Assembly (NCBI GenBank): GCA_020723205.1
Contig: DYJF01000005.1
Location: 1 to 59,023, forward strand
DNA from: Bdellovibrio sp.
GTDB lineage: Bacteria; UBA10199; 2-02-FULL-44-16; DYJF01
Direction of reading: 5' to 3'
Length of the DNA stretch: 59,023 nt
The notes below the pieces were generated by a model. That model was not told the DNA's origin and searched no databases. It worked only from the letters and a program-made list of their open reading frames with translations. The translations under genes and the position numbers were made by a program. Each line of letters begins with the position of its first letter. Within the stretch, counting starts at the first letter, position 1. Shown one piece after another: positions 51,208 through 59,023 of this stretch.

Positions 51208-51216
51208 TTTCGCCTC

Positions 51217-52104
51217 CTATGCCTTCGGATGCGCCTTGTCGTAGACCTCCATCATTTTTTCGATGCCGACGTGCGTGTATTTCTGGGTCGTCGAAAGACT
51301 GGAGTGGCCCAAGAGCTCCTGAATTCCGCGCATATCCGCGCCGGCGTTCAGGAGATGCGTAGCAAACGTGTGACGCAATACGTGCGGGGTCGCCGCCTTT
51401 TGTATCCCGCTCTGTCTTAGGTATTTGATCATCATGCGCTCGATCGCCCGCGTTGAGAGCCGTGTGCCGTTCCTGTTCACGAAGATCGCCGTGTTCACGG
51501 CCGAATCTCCGGCGAGGGCCGGCCTTAGATCGAGATAGTTCTTGAGGGCATCACACGCCTTTTTTCCGACGGGAACCATTCTTTCCTTCCTTCCCTTTCC
51601 CAGCACCCTCACGACACCGTCATCAACGTTTAAGTCCCCCCTATTCAGGCCAACGAGCTCGCTTACGCGAAGACCGGACGCATATAACAGCTCCATGATC
51701 GCCTTGTCGCGCCTGCCCAAGGCGCCGGTCGCGTCCGGCGTTTCAAGGAGCGCGAATACCTCGTCGACCGTCAGGAATTTAGGGACCCTCTTCGGGACCT
51801 TGGGGGCAGGAACCTCTTTCGCGGGGTTATCCTTCACGGTCCCCCTCTTTACGCAGTAGTCGAAAAAGCTCCTTAGACTTGAAAGTTTTCTCGCGATCGA
51901 TGTGGGGTTCTTTTTTCCGAAGAGCGTGCCGAGATATTCGCGCACGACGGCATGATCTATCTCCGTGACCTTCATTCCCCTGCGGCGGTTCTGCATGAAA
52001 TTGCTGAACTGCGCAAGGTCAACGAGGTAGTTCTTTACGGTATGTGAGGACGCCCTTCTTTCAGTTTCAAGATAGGAAGAAAAGTCGTTGATGAGATCTT
52101 TCAT
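51217..52104 (-). CDS. xerC: Tyrosine recombinase XerC
   Basis: SGLRVSEL, GKGRKER, HVLRH, LLGH..TTQKY; position immediately upstream of hslVU. Confidence 0.9.
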   Translation of the reverse strand: MKDLINDFSSYLETERRASSHTVKNYLVDLAQFSNFMQNRRRGMKVTEIDHAVVREYLGTLFGKKNPTSIARKLSSLRSFFDYCVKRGTVKDNPAKEVPAPKVPKRVPKFLTVDEVFALLETPDATGALGRRDKAIMELLYASGLRVSELVGLNRGDLNVDDGVVRVLGKGRKERMVPVGKKACDALKNYLDLRPALAGDSAVNTAIFVNRNGTRLSTRAIERMMIKYLRQSGIQKAATPHVLRHTFATHLLNAGADMRGIQELLGHSSLSTTQKYTHVGIEKMMEVYDKAHPKA

Positions 52105-55063
52105 GTCCGCCCCCTACTGAAAAGCGGCGGAATCCTATCAAAAGGCAGACACAAAGCAATAGAATTGTAGTCGTATAATATTTATCACACCCCGTTTCTT
52201 TGACAAGCTGGCATGCGCCCCCGCCGCTTCTGTCAAAGAGCCACAGCGGAGTTGTCGCCGCAGTGTCGCCCTCACCCGGCGATTCCGAAGGGCTAGTTCC
52301 TCCACCGCCGATACCGCCGAAGGAGCCGCCGCCTTCGCCTTGAGTGCAGTCCTTCGCCTCATTGTCATAGACGTCTGGTACGGTGTTCACGTTCTGGTCC
52401 TGCCAGCCGCCCTCCTTGACGTCAGGGCAGCCGTCGTCGTCGGAATCCACGTCTATCGCATTGGGAACTCCGTCGCAGTCGATGTCCGCGATGTCTGGCG
52501 GAGGATGGCACTTCGGCCCTCCCGTGATGAGGCGCAGATCGAAATCGGGGATGCGATCGCCGTCGAAATCGCCGCGCGCCTCTACGCCGTCCTCCAAGCC
52601 GTCGCGGTCCGTGTCCAAGACAGAAGGATCTGATTCAGCGGCCTCTATCCAGCCGTTACCGTTCGCGTCCTCAACGCCGTCCATGAGGCCGTCGCTGTCG
52701 GAATCCGGATTTAGTGGATCCATCAGATGCGGATTTCTGTAATTAGTACCCGCCGCCTCAAGTCCGTGGCACGAGTTCCCGGCCTGCGACGGTTTGATCA
52801 CGCCGGCCTCAACGCCGTCGGAGAGCCCGTCCTCGTCGGAATCGCAAGCGTTGGGATAGGTCCCGAGCCGCTTCTCCTGACCGTCACTCACGCCGTCGCC
52901 GTCGGTGTCGGCCATATGGGCGTCGCTTTCATCCGGACCTAGTATGCCGTCCCCGTCCTTGTCCCCCTCCTCACCGTCAATGATGCCGTCTCCGTCGGCG
53001 TCGGAAAGCGTCGGGTCAGATTCGACCCACTCGGAGCCCGATGCGCCGTCCGTGTCCCGCTTGCCGTTGAAGTTAAAGTCCTCGTTCCCGTCACGAACGC
53101 CGTCGCTGTCGGTGTCGACCGACGTGGGGTCGGTGGTTGTCGCCGGGTCCGCGTCAAAGAGCATCGCTATGTTATCGAACGTTGCCGGGAGGGTCGCATC
53201 GTATATGAGGGCGTTCGCCATCTCCGTAATAGTGTGGTCGGTCAGTATCGCCTGGCACCGGAGCGATATCGTATAGCGCGGTTTCTGCGGCTTTCTCGCA
53301 ACGAGCGCCTTGACCTCCGCTTCAGACGCGCCGAGCTCAAGGCCGTCCGGCAGGCAATCGCCATCCGAATCGGGATTCAGGGGATCAAGTTTCGTGACAT
53401 CGGCGAACGGATAGTTCTGCGAAAGCAGGATACCGACCCTCCCCGTATGCAAGCTTTCTTCGCCGTCCAAGAGACCGTCGGCATCGGTATCGGGATCGAT
53501 AGGGTCCGTCTCCCCCGCGTCCACTCGCCCGTTATGATTCGCGTCCTCTTTCTCGTTTAATATTCCGTCCTCGTCGTCATCGCCGCCCGGAGTCGCCTGT
53601 CTGCTGCCGGTCACGGGCGACGTGTTCCCGTGTTCGGTGTCCACAAGCGCCGCGACGAACGTGATACCCGCACCCGCGTTCGTGACGCGCACGCTGAAAC
53701 GACCGCCCGAATCGACTTCACCCTGTCCCGCAAAGAACATCCCGCTGCCGCTGTCGGCATAAAGGTCGGCCCGGAGGGCGTTCATATTTATCGTGCTTAA
53801 GTTCCACGGGAACCATGTCTCGGAGGATATCATAACGTTCCCCGTGACAGTCACGTCCGCTCCAGCTCCATCGGCGGAAAGCTGGACGATCGAAGGCAGC
53901 GGGAACCTGCTGACAAAGAGCCCCCCAACCGGAGTCCCTGTGACAAGCGCCGTCTGAAGGAGATTCACGTCGAACGGTTCTTCCGCCTCTTTGCAGATCG
54001 CAACAGGCGCCATCGTGTTCACAAAAACGTCCCTGCCGGAATTGTTTGCGATGAGATTCTTGAAGAGCGGTGCTGCGTCGACCGCTTCGGCCGGGGGTTC
54101 CCACGATGTTATCTTCACTCCGTATGCGTCGATAAAAACGCCGGCGGCGCCGTGAGCGTAAGGATACGCGTCGAAAACGGCGGCGACTGCGTCGGAGGAT
54201 GAAGCGTCCTCGTTCAGTCCCGCCTTCGACCAAAGATCGCGGCACCTCCCTACAGATCTCCAAAAATATCCGCAGGGATCGCCCATCGGAACGAACGGCT
54301 CTTCGCAGTCCGGTTCGCGGGCGAAAAGCTCCGCGCACTGCTCCGCTTCCATCTTGAGCGACCAGCATGATGGGATGCGCTCCCATTCATCGGCGTCACT
54401 GCAGCTTGTCCCCGAAAGACGGCTCCCGTTGTCATGAATATGAGAATTTGAAATCACCGTCCCACGGCCGGAAACGTTCTGTGTCGCGCTTCCGCAACTC
54501 TGACCGGCGGAATCACCCCCTACGGACACCCCGTTGACGCCGTTGGAAGCTATCTCCGTATCGACTATGCGGTTATCTCTTCCCGTCACGCGAACCCCGT
54601 TCGCGCCGTTCGAGACAATCCTGCTCCTGATGACGAGATTCCTCTCGCCCGATATCCTGATGCCGTCCCCGGCCGTCCCCTCAACTGTGACGTGGTCGAG
54701 TATGATCCTCTTCCCCTTGATATCAATACCGCCTGATCCCGCCGAAAACCTCACTACCGCCGCAGGATCGGCTATAATGACGAGCGGCATCTCCGATGAG
54801 TTTTCTATCGCATGGACAGCCGCCGAGATATCGTCAGAAGACGCGAACTTGACCACATTGAAAGATGCGGTGCCGGGAAAGAACTCTCCGTAGCGGTTCC
54901 TGTATCGTACCGCGTCGGTGACGCAGCCGTTTCCGTTCGCAAGCGCAAGCGCTGCGTTCAAGCCGCCGGCTCCTCCGGTCGCCATGCATTCGGAAGCAAA
55001 GACCCTGCCGGCCGCCAAGAGGGCAAAAACGAATACAAATATGGATGGAAACGGGCGTTTCAT
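52067..55063 (-). CDS. Large surface protein: right-handed beta-helix, thrombospondin-3-like repeats, Cys-TM-basic sorting signal
   Basis: Signal peptide ending VFA; NGANGVRV/NGVNGVSV repeats; DxDxDG repeats; GGGACQL..ILLLCVCLLIGFRR; start reassigned to ATG 55063. Confidence 0.85.
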   Translation of the reverse strand: MKRPFPSIFVFVFALLAAGRVFASECMATGGAGGLNAALALANGNGCVTDAVRYRNRYGEFFPGTASFNVVKFASSDDISAAVHAIENSSEMPLVIIADPAAVVRFSAGSGGIDIKGKRIILDHVTVEGTAGDGIRISGERNLVIRSRIVSNGANGVRVTGRDNRIVDTEIASNGVNGVSVGGDSAGQSCGSATQNVSGRGTVISNSHIHDNGSRLSGTSCSDADEWERIPSCWSLKMEAEQCAELFAREPDCEEPFVPMGDPCGYFWRSVGRCRDLWSKAGLNEDASSSDAVAAVFDAYPYAHGAAGVFIDAYGVKITSWEPPAEAVDAAPLFKNLIANNSGRDVFVNTMAPVAICKEAEEPFDVNLLQTALVTGTPVGGLFVSRFPLPSIVQLSADGAGADVTVTGNVMISSETWFPWNLSTINMNALRADLYADSGSGMFFAGQGEVDSGGRFSVRVTNAGAGITFVAALVDTEHGNTSPVTGSRQATPGGDDDEDGILNEKEDANHNGRVDAGETDPIDPDTDADGLLDGEESLHTGRVGILLSQNYPFADVTKLDPLNPDSDGDCLPDGLELGASEAEVKALVARKPQKPRYTISLRCQAILTDHTITEMANALIYDATLPATFDNIAMLFDADPATTTDPTSVDTDSDGVRDGNEDFNFNGKRDTDGASGSEWVESDPTLSDADGDGIIDGEEGDKDGDGILGPDESDAHMADTDGDGVSDGQEKRLGTYPNACDSDEDGLSDGVEAGVIKPSQAGNSCHGLEAAGTNYRNPHLMDPLNPDSDSDGLMDGVEDANGNGWIEAAESDPSVLDTDRDGLEDGVEARGDFDGDRIPDFDLRLITGGPKCHPPPDIADIDCDGVPNAIDVDSDDDGCPDVKEGGWQDQNVNTVPDVYDNEAKDCTQGEGGGSFGGIGGGGTSPSESPGEGDTAATTPLWLFDRSGGGACQLVKETGCDKYYTTTILLLCVCLLIGFRRFSVGGGHERSHQRLFFLS

Positions 55064-55071
55064 CTCAAGAC

Positions 55072-55099
55072 CTTTTCGGTCATTAGGCAAAAATGTTGC
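55072..55099 (-). promoter_or_regulatory. Shared motif copy 4: GCAAC-N15-CCGAAAAG
   Basis: 8 nt upstream of ATG 55063; same spacing as the other three copies. Confidence 0.7.
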
Positions 55100-55107
55100 T
55101 AAAAAAA

Positions 55108-55193
55108 AGTGTAGGAGTGTAGTAGTGCTTAAGTGTAGAAGTCCTTGAAATATTGCAACTTCCGCGCTCCTACACTCCTACACTTCTACACTT
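55108..55193. repeat. Inverted pair of 8-bp tandem arrays
   Basis: agtgtagg agtgtagt agtgctta agtgtaga ... ctcctaca ctcctaca cttctaca; the same unit occurs at 37176-37193. Confidence 0.8.
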
Positions 55194-55238
55194 ATTGACT
55201 GATTTAAAGGCGCACCGCGGCATCGGAAGCCCTTGATT

Positions 55239-57491
55239 TCAGGCCTTTTCCGACGTGTAACCGCATTCCTTCTGGGGGCAGGCGATGATGTTCTCGTTCG
55301 TCTTCTTGAGATATTTCTCCGTAAGGATCGGATAGCCGCACTTTGGGCAGGGACCGGGCGCGGGTTTGTTCCACAGGGCGAATTTGCACTTGGGATATTT
55401 TGAGCAACCGTAGAAGGTCTTGCCCCTTCCCGTCCTTCGCTGGACAAGCTCTCCATCACACTCGGGACACTTGACGCCAACACCGATGGATTTTGTGGTC
55501 TTGCACTCCGGATATTTAGAACAGGCGAGGAACTCCCCGAAACGCCCTCGCTTTACGACCATCGGGCTGCCGCATTTTTCGCACTTCTCTTCGGTCGTTC
55601 GCTTCTCCGCGATCTTGATCTCGCCGTCCTCGGTCCTTTTGAACTCACGAGTGGTCTTGCAATCGGGATAATTGGAACATGCCAAAAATTCCCCGTGCCT
55701 TCCCCACTTGATGACCATCTTGCTCCCGCACTTTTCGCAGGTGTGCTCCGTTTCTATCTGCTGCTTCTTGACGTCGCGCATCTGGGTCGCGGCGTTCTTT
55801 AAGGACTTCTCGAACGGGACGTAGAAAGCGTTGAGCGTCGCAAGCCACGTGCGTTTCCCCTCTTCTATCTCGTCGAGCTCGTCCTCCATCTGCGCCGTGA
55901 ATCCGACGTCCAATATCTCCGGAAAACTCTTGATCAGAAGATCGTTCACCAATGTCCCCAGCTCCGTCGAAAAAAAACGCCCCTCTATCTTCTTGGCGTA
56001 ATCCTTGTCCTGAATGGTCGAAAGGATGGCCGCGTACGTGGAGGGCCTGCCGATGCCCCGCTCCTCCAGCTCCTTGACCAGCGAAGCTTCAGTGAAACGC
56101 GGAGGCGGCTGGGTGAAGTGCTGATTGGGATCGAGCCCGATAAGTTTGAGTTCCTCGCCTTCGGAAAGCTCCGGCAGCGTCGGGTTCTCTTCCTCGGCCT
56201 TCGCCTGTTCCTCGTCGACCCCCTCCATATATACGGCGATGAAACCGGCGAACCGCATTATCTGGCCCGTGGCGCGGAAGGAATAATCGTTCGCAGATAT
56301 GTCAAAGGTCGTCGCGTCGAAGACCGCTGGATTCATCTGCGAAGCCACGAAACGCTTCCAGATAAGATCGTAGAGGCGAAAGGCGTCGCGTTCCAGATAT
56401 TTCTCGACGTCCTCCGGCGGATGTTCCATGGATGTCGGCCTTATCGCCTCGTGCGCGTCCTGCGCGCTGCGTTTGCTCTTGTAGCGGTTGGGCTCCGACG
56501 GAACGTATTCCTTTCCGTAACGTCCCGCGATATATGCGCGCACCGCTTCCAGCGCAGAGTCGGAAACACGCGGCGAATCCGTCCTCATGTACGTGATGAG
56601 ACCGACGAGCCCCGCTTCGCCCAATTCCACGCCTTCATAGAGCTGCTGGGCCATGGCCATCGTCTTTCGCGCAGTGAAACCGAGCTTACGCGCCGCCTCC
56701 TGCTGAAGCTTGCTCGTGATGAAAGGAGGCGTGGGATTACGTTTTCTCTCGCTCTTGGTTATCTTCTCGAGACGGAATTTTGCGCGTGTCAGCTCCGATG
56801 CGATTTCCTTCGCGTTCTTTTCAGCGGGTATGTCGACGTTCTCGCCCTTGAATTTGACAAGCTTCGCTTCGAAAATCGGCTCTTTTGAGCCCTCAAGGTG
56901 CGCGACTATCGACCAGTATTCCTTCGCAACGAATGCCGCGATATCCGCCTCCCGTTCGCAGATGATGCGGACGGCGACCGACTGTACGCGGCCGGCCGAG
57001 AGGCCCCTTCTCACCTTCTTCCATAAAATGGGGCTGATCTTGTAACCCACGAGGCGGTCCAGTATTCTTCTCGCCTGCTGGGCCTCGAACAAATGCTTAT
57101 CTATTGCGAGGGGATGCTTGATGGCTTCCTTGATCGCCCCTTCAGTGATCTCGTTGAAGAGTATTCTGTGGACCTTCTTCTTCTTCGCCTTCTTAGTTAT
57201 CTCCTCGCCTATGTGCCATGCGATCGCCTCCCCTTCGCGGTCGGGGTCCGGCGCAAGAAAGACGTTCTCGGCCTTCTCGGCGCTCTCGATTATCTTCTTT
57301 AAGACCTTCTGCTTCCCCTTTATGATGACATAGGTCGGCTCGAAGTCGTTCTCGATGTCGACACCGAGCTCCTTCTCCGGAAGGTCCTTGACATGGCCCA
57401 CGGAGGCCATGACCTGATAGCCGCGACCAAGATATTTCTTTATCGTCTTGGCCTTCGCAGGTGACTCAACTATGACGAGTGACTGTGCCAT
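55239..57491 (-). CDS. topA: DNA topoisomerase I with C-terminal zinc ribbons
   Basis: IVESPAKAKTI, DPDREGE, SAGRVQS, ITYMRTDS, C4 zinc ribbons. Confidence 0.98.
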   Translation of the reverse strand: MAQSLVIVESPAKAKTIKKYLGRGYQVMASVGHVKDLPEKELGVDIENDFEPTYVIIKGKQKVLKKIIESAEKAENVFLAPDPDREGEAIAWHIGEEITKKAKKKKVHRILFNEITEGAIKEAIKHPLAIDKHLFEAQQARRILDRLVGYKISPILWKKVRRGLSAGRVQSVAVRIICEREADIAAFVAKEYWSIVAHLEGSKEPIFEAKLVKFKGENVDIPAEKNAKEIASELTRAKFRLEKITKSERKRNPTPPFITSKLQQEAARKLGFTARKTMAMAQQLYEGVELGEAGLVGLITYMRTDSPRVSDSALEAVRAYIAGRYGKEYVPSEPNRYKSKRSAQDAHEAIRPTSMEHPPEDVEKYLERDAFRLYDLIWKRFVASQMNPAVFDATTFDISANDYSFRATGQIMRFAGFIAVYMEGVDEEQAKAEEENPTLPELSEGEELKLIGLDPNQHFTQPPPRFTEASLVKELEERGIGRPSTYAAILSTIQDKDYAKKIEGRFFSTELGTLVNDLLIKSFPEILDVGFTAQMEDELDEIEEGKRTWLATLNAFYVPFEKSLKNAATQMRDVKKQQIETEHTCEKCGSKMVIKWGRHGEFLACSNYPDCKTTREFKRTEDGEIKIAEKRTTEEKCEKCGSPMVVKRGRFGEFLACSKYPECKTTKSIGVGVKCPECDGELVQRRTGRGKTFYGCSKYPKCKFALWNKPAPGPCPKCGYPILTEKYLKKTNENIIACPQKECGYTSEKA

Positions 57492-57493
57492 AT

Positions 57494-58396
57494 CTATTTT
57501 GGCGCGCCATTATTATCATTAAGAGCCAAATGTCTAGGGTTTTTCTCCGGACCCGATATTTGGGACAAGATCGCGTTCAGGATGTCGCCGGCATTTTCAA
57601 CGAATATCGCGCCCCTTCGCAACAGCTCGTGAGTCCCTTGTGACATGAGTCCGCCGGCAATCCCCGGCACTGAAAAGACGTCGCGATTCTGTTCGATGGC
57701 GAAACGGGCGGTTATCAGACTTCCGCTCCTTGCCGCCGCCTCCACAACGACGGTTCCGGTCGAAAGCCCGCTTATGATCCTGTTGCGTTGTGGAAAGTGA
57801 TGCGGCATCGGCGATGTGCGAAAAGGAAATTCGGAGACAATGCAGCCGGCCTTGGCGATCCTCAAACTCAAATCGTGAAACTGCGGAGGATAGCAGACGT
57901 CGATACCGCACCCCCAGACCGCCACCGTCCTCCCGCATTCAAGCGCGCCCATATGCGCCGCGGCATCTATGCCGTAGGCCATGCCGCTCACGACGACTAT
58001 CCCTTCTCTTGAGAGGTCCCTTGCTATCTCAAACGCTATCTGCCTGCCGTGGCTGCCCGCCTTTCTTGCGCCGACGATGGAAACGCAGGGCCCCGCGAGC
58101 GAGCTGGTGTCGCCTTTTGCCGTGATTACAACCGGCCTCGCCGGGATCTCCCTCAACAAATCGGGATACCTCTCATCATCAAGCGCTATGATCTCACAAC
58201 CCAGCTTCAAAGACGAGGCAACATCCTCTTCGCATCCGTCCCAATCGTCAAAATTCCTTATTTCATCAAGGGGACAGTCGTTAAAAATGTCGGCGGGGTT
58301 CCCGTAGATCTTAAGGAGCTCATTTGCCACTAAGGGCTGATAGAGATAGACACGCCGGAGGGCGCACCACCAGACCAAAGGCCTTCGCCTCTTCAT
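57494..58396 (-). CDS. dprA: DNA-processing protein DprA
   Basis: VSGMAYGIDAAAH, FPQRNRIISGLS, VVEAAARSGSLITA. Confidence 0.95.
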   Translation of the reverse strand: MKRRRPLVWWCALRRVYLYQPLVANELLKIYGNPADIFNDCPLDEIRNFDDWDGCEEDVASSLKLGCEIIALDDERYPDLLREIPARPVVITAKGDTSSLAGPCVSIVGARKAGSHGRQIAFEIARDLSREGIVVVSGMAYGIDAAAHMGALECGRTVAVWGCGIDVCYPPQFHDLSLRIAKAGCIVSEFPFRTSPMPHHFPQRNRIISGLSTGTVVVEAAARSGSLITARFAIEQNRDVFSVPGIAGGLMSQGTHELLRRGAIFVENAGDILNAILSQISGPEKNPRHLALNDNNGAPK

Positions 58397-58452
58397 AGAA
58401 GTTCCCTTCTATCTCCCGGCGCTTTTGGTTTTTTAAGCGGACGAAAAGAGCT

Positions 58453-58761
58453 TCAGGTCTGCGGCGGCTTCTCTTCCTTATGTTCCACTTGATCCACCCG
58501 TTCCCTCAACTCTTTTCCTACCTTGAAGAACGGGAGCTTTTTCGGACTGACCTGTATGGACTCCCCCGTTCTCGGATTTCTTCCAGTGTAGGCCCCGTAT
58601 TCTTTAACGACAAAACTCCCGAGACCCCTGATCTCGATCCTGTCGCCCTTTACCATGGCATCCACCATGATGTCGAAGATCAGGTTCACTACGTCCTCTG
58701 CACGTTTCTTAGTGATCTTCGTCTTCTCCGCGATCATTTCAACCAGCTCGGATTTGTTCAT
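58453..58761 (-). CDS. Integration host factor beta-like / HU family protein
   Basis: MNKSEL, RIEIRGLGSF, GRNPRTGE, FKVGKELRERV. Confidence 0.9.
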   Translation of the reverse strand: MNKSELVEMIAEKTKITKKRAEDVVNLIFDIMVDAMVKGDRIEIRGLGSFVVKEYGAYTGRNPRTGESIQVSPKKLPFFKVGKELRERVDQVEHKEEKPPQT

Positions 58762-58912
58762 ACCCAGCCCACCTTTCCCCCAAGGGCTAATAACCCGATA
58801 TCACACGGGAATTTAACACCCCTTCAGCGACCCGTCAATACATTTTCTCGAAAGATGTGCAGACCCGGCGGCTCTCGTAATGACTGCCGACTTTCGGGAC
58901 CGCCGTGTCTCG

Positions 58913-59023
58913 CTAGGCAGCCATCTGACTTCGGGGATGCGGTGTTGTAAAAGACGCGGTCCGTTTTGGGCCACCCAAAACGTCCGCTCGCCTCTCGGCG
59001 ATTTTATCGATCATATCCCGGCC
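58913..59023 (-). CDS. Possible 3' end of a CDS entering from the right edge
   Basis: Open frame from the window edge, GRDMIDKIAERR...SQMAA*; product not identifiable. Confidence 0.35.
   Translation of the reverse strand, partial: GRDMIDKIAERRADVLGGPKRTASFTTPHPRSQMAA

Noticed and set aside
51217-52104. Tyrosine recombinase as a phage or island integrase
   Set aside because: Size, motifs and position before hslVU indicate housekeeping XerC.
52560-52580. RGD tripeptide in the adhesin
   Set aside because: It falls inside an Asp/Gly-rich repeat (ARGDFDGD), where it is expected by chance.

Overview
This looks like a chromosomal segment of a deltaproteobacterial-type bacterium. The lineage is inferred only from gene order, Cys-TM-basic sorting signals and a Bdellovibrio-type histone. 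The backbone is housekeeping and mostly on the minus strand: truA, asd, pssA-psd, hutH, tsaB, the rpsB-tsf-pyrH-frr-uppS-cdsA-dxr-rseP cluster, an acyl-CoA operon (thiolase, Hbd, crotonase, acyl-CoA dehydrogenase, split isobutyryl-CoA-type mutase, two Cys-less thiolase-fold proteins, two DUF35 proteins), dcd, mtgA, purA, argF, hslUV, xerC, topA, dprA and an IHF subunit. Seven observations stand out. (1) Four transcription units encoding unusual envelope proteins (16.7-28.5 kb and 52-55 kb) share an identically spaced upstream motif, GCAAC-N15-YCGA(T/A)(A/G)A, which suggests a dedicated alternative-sigma regulon. Its cargo includes beta-barrels and TonB-C-like proteins with no classical signal peptide, a 7-blade propeller split by one amber codon and bounded by 36-bp direct repeats, and two large Asp-rich repeat adhesins. 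(2) A 59-aa bacterial histone missing from the ORF track lies at 41277-41456. (3) tRNA-Lys and tRNA-Glu are followed by a tRNA-linked repeat and small accessory genes separated by related motifs. (4) A promoter-driven rod-shaped RNA of about 100 nt lies at 44466-44565. (5) An 851-aa protein looks like a two-part polyprotein. (6) Palindromic elements are inserted in frame in two proteins. (7) Several families of REP-like and 7/8-mer tandem repeats occur, including a triple-nested one. No database searches were run; all family calls rest on motif recognition.
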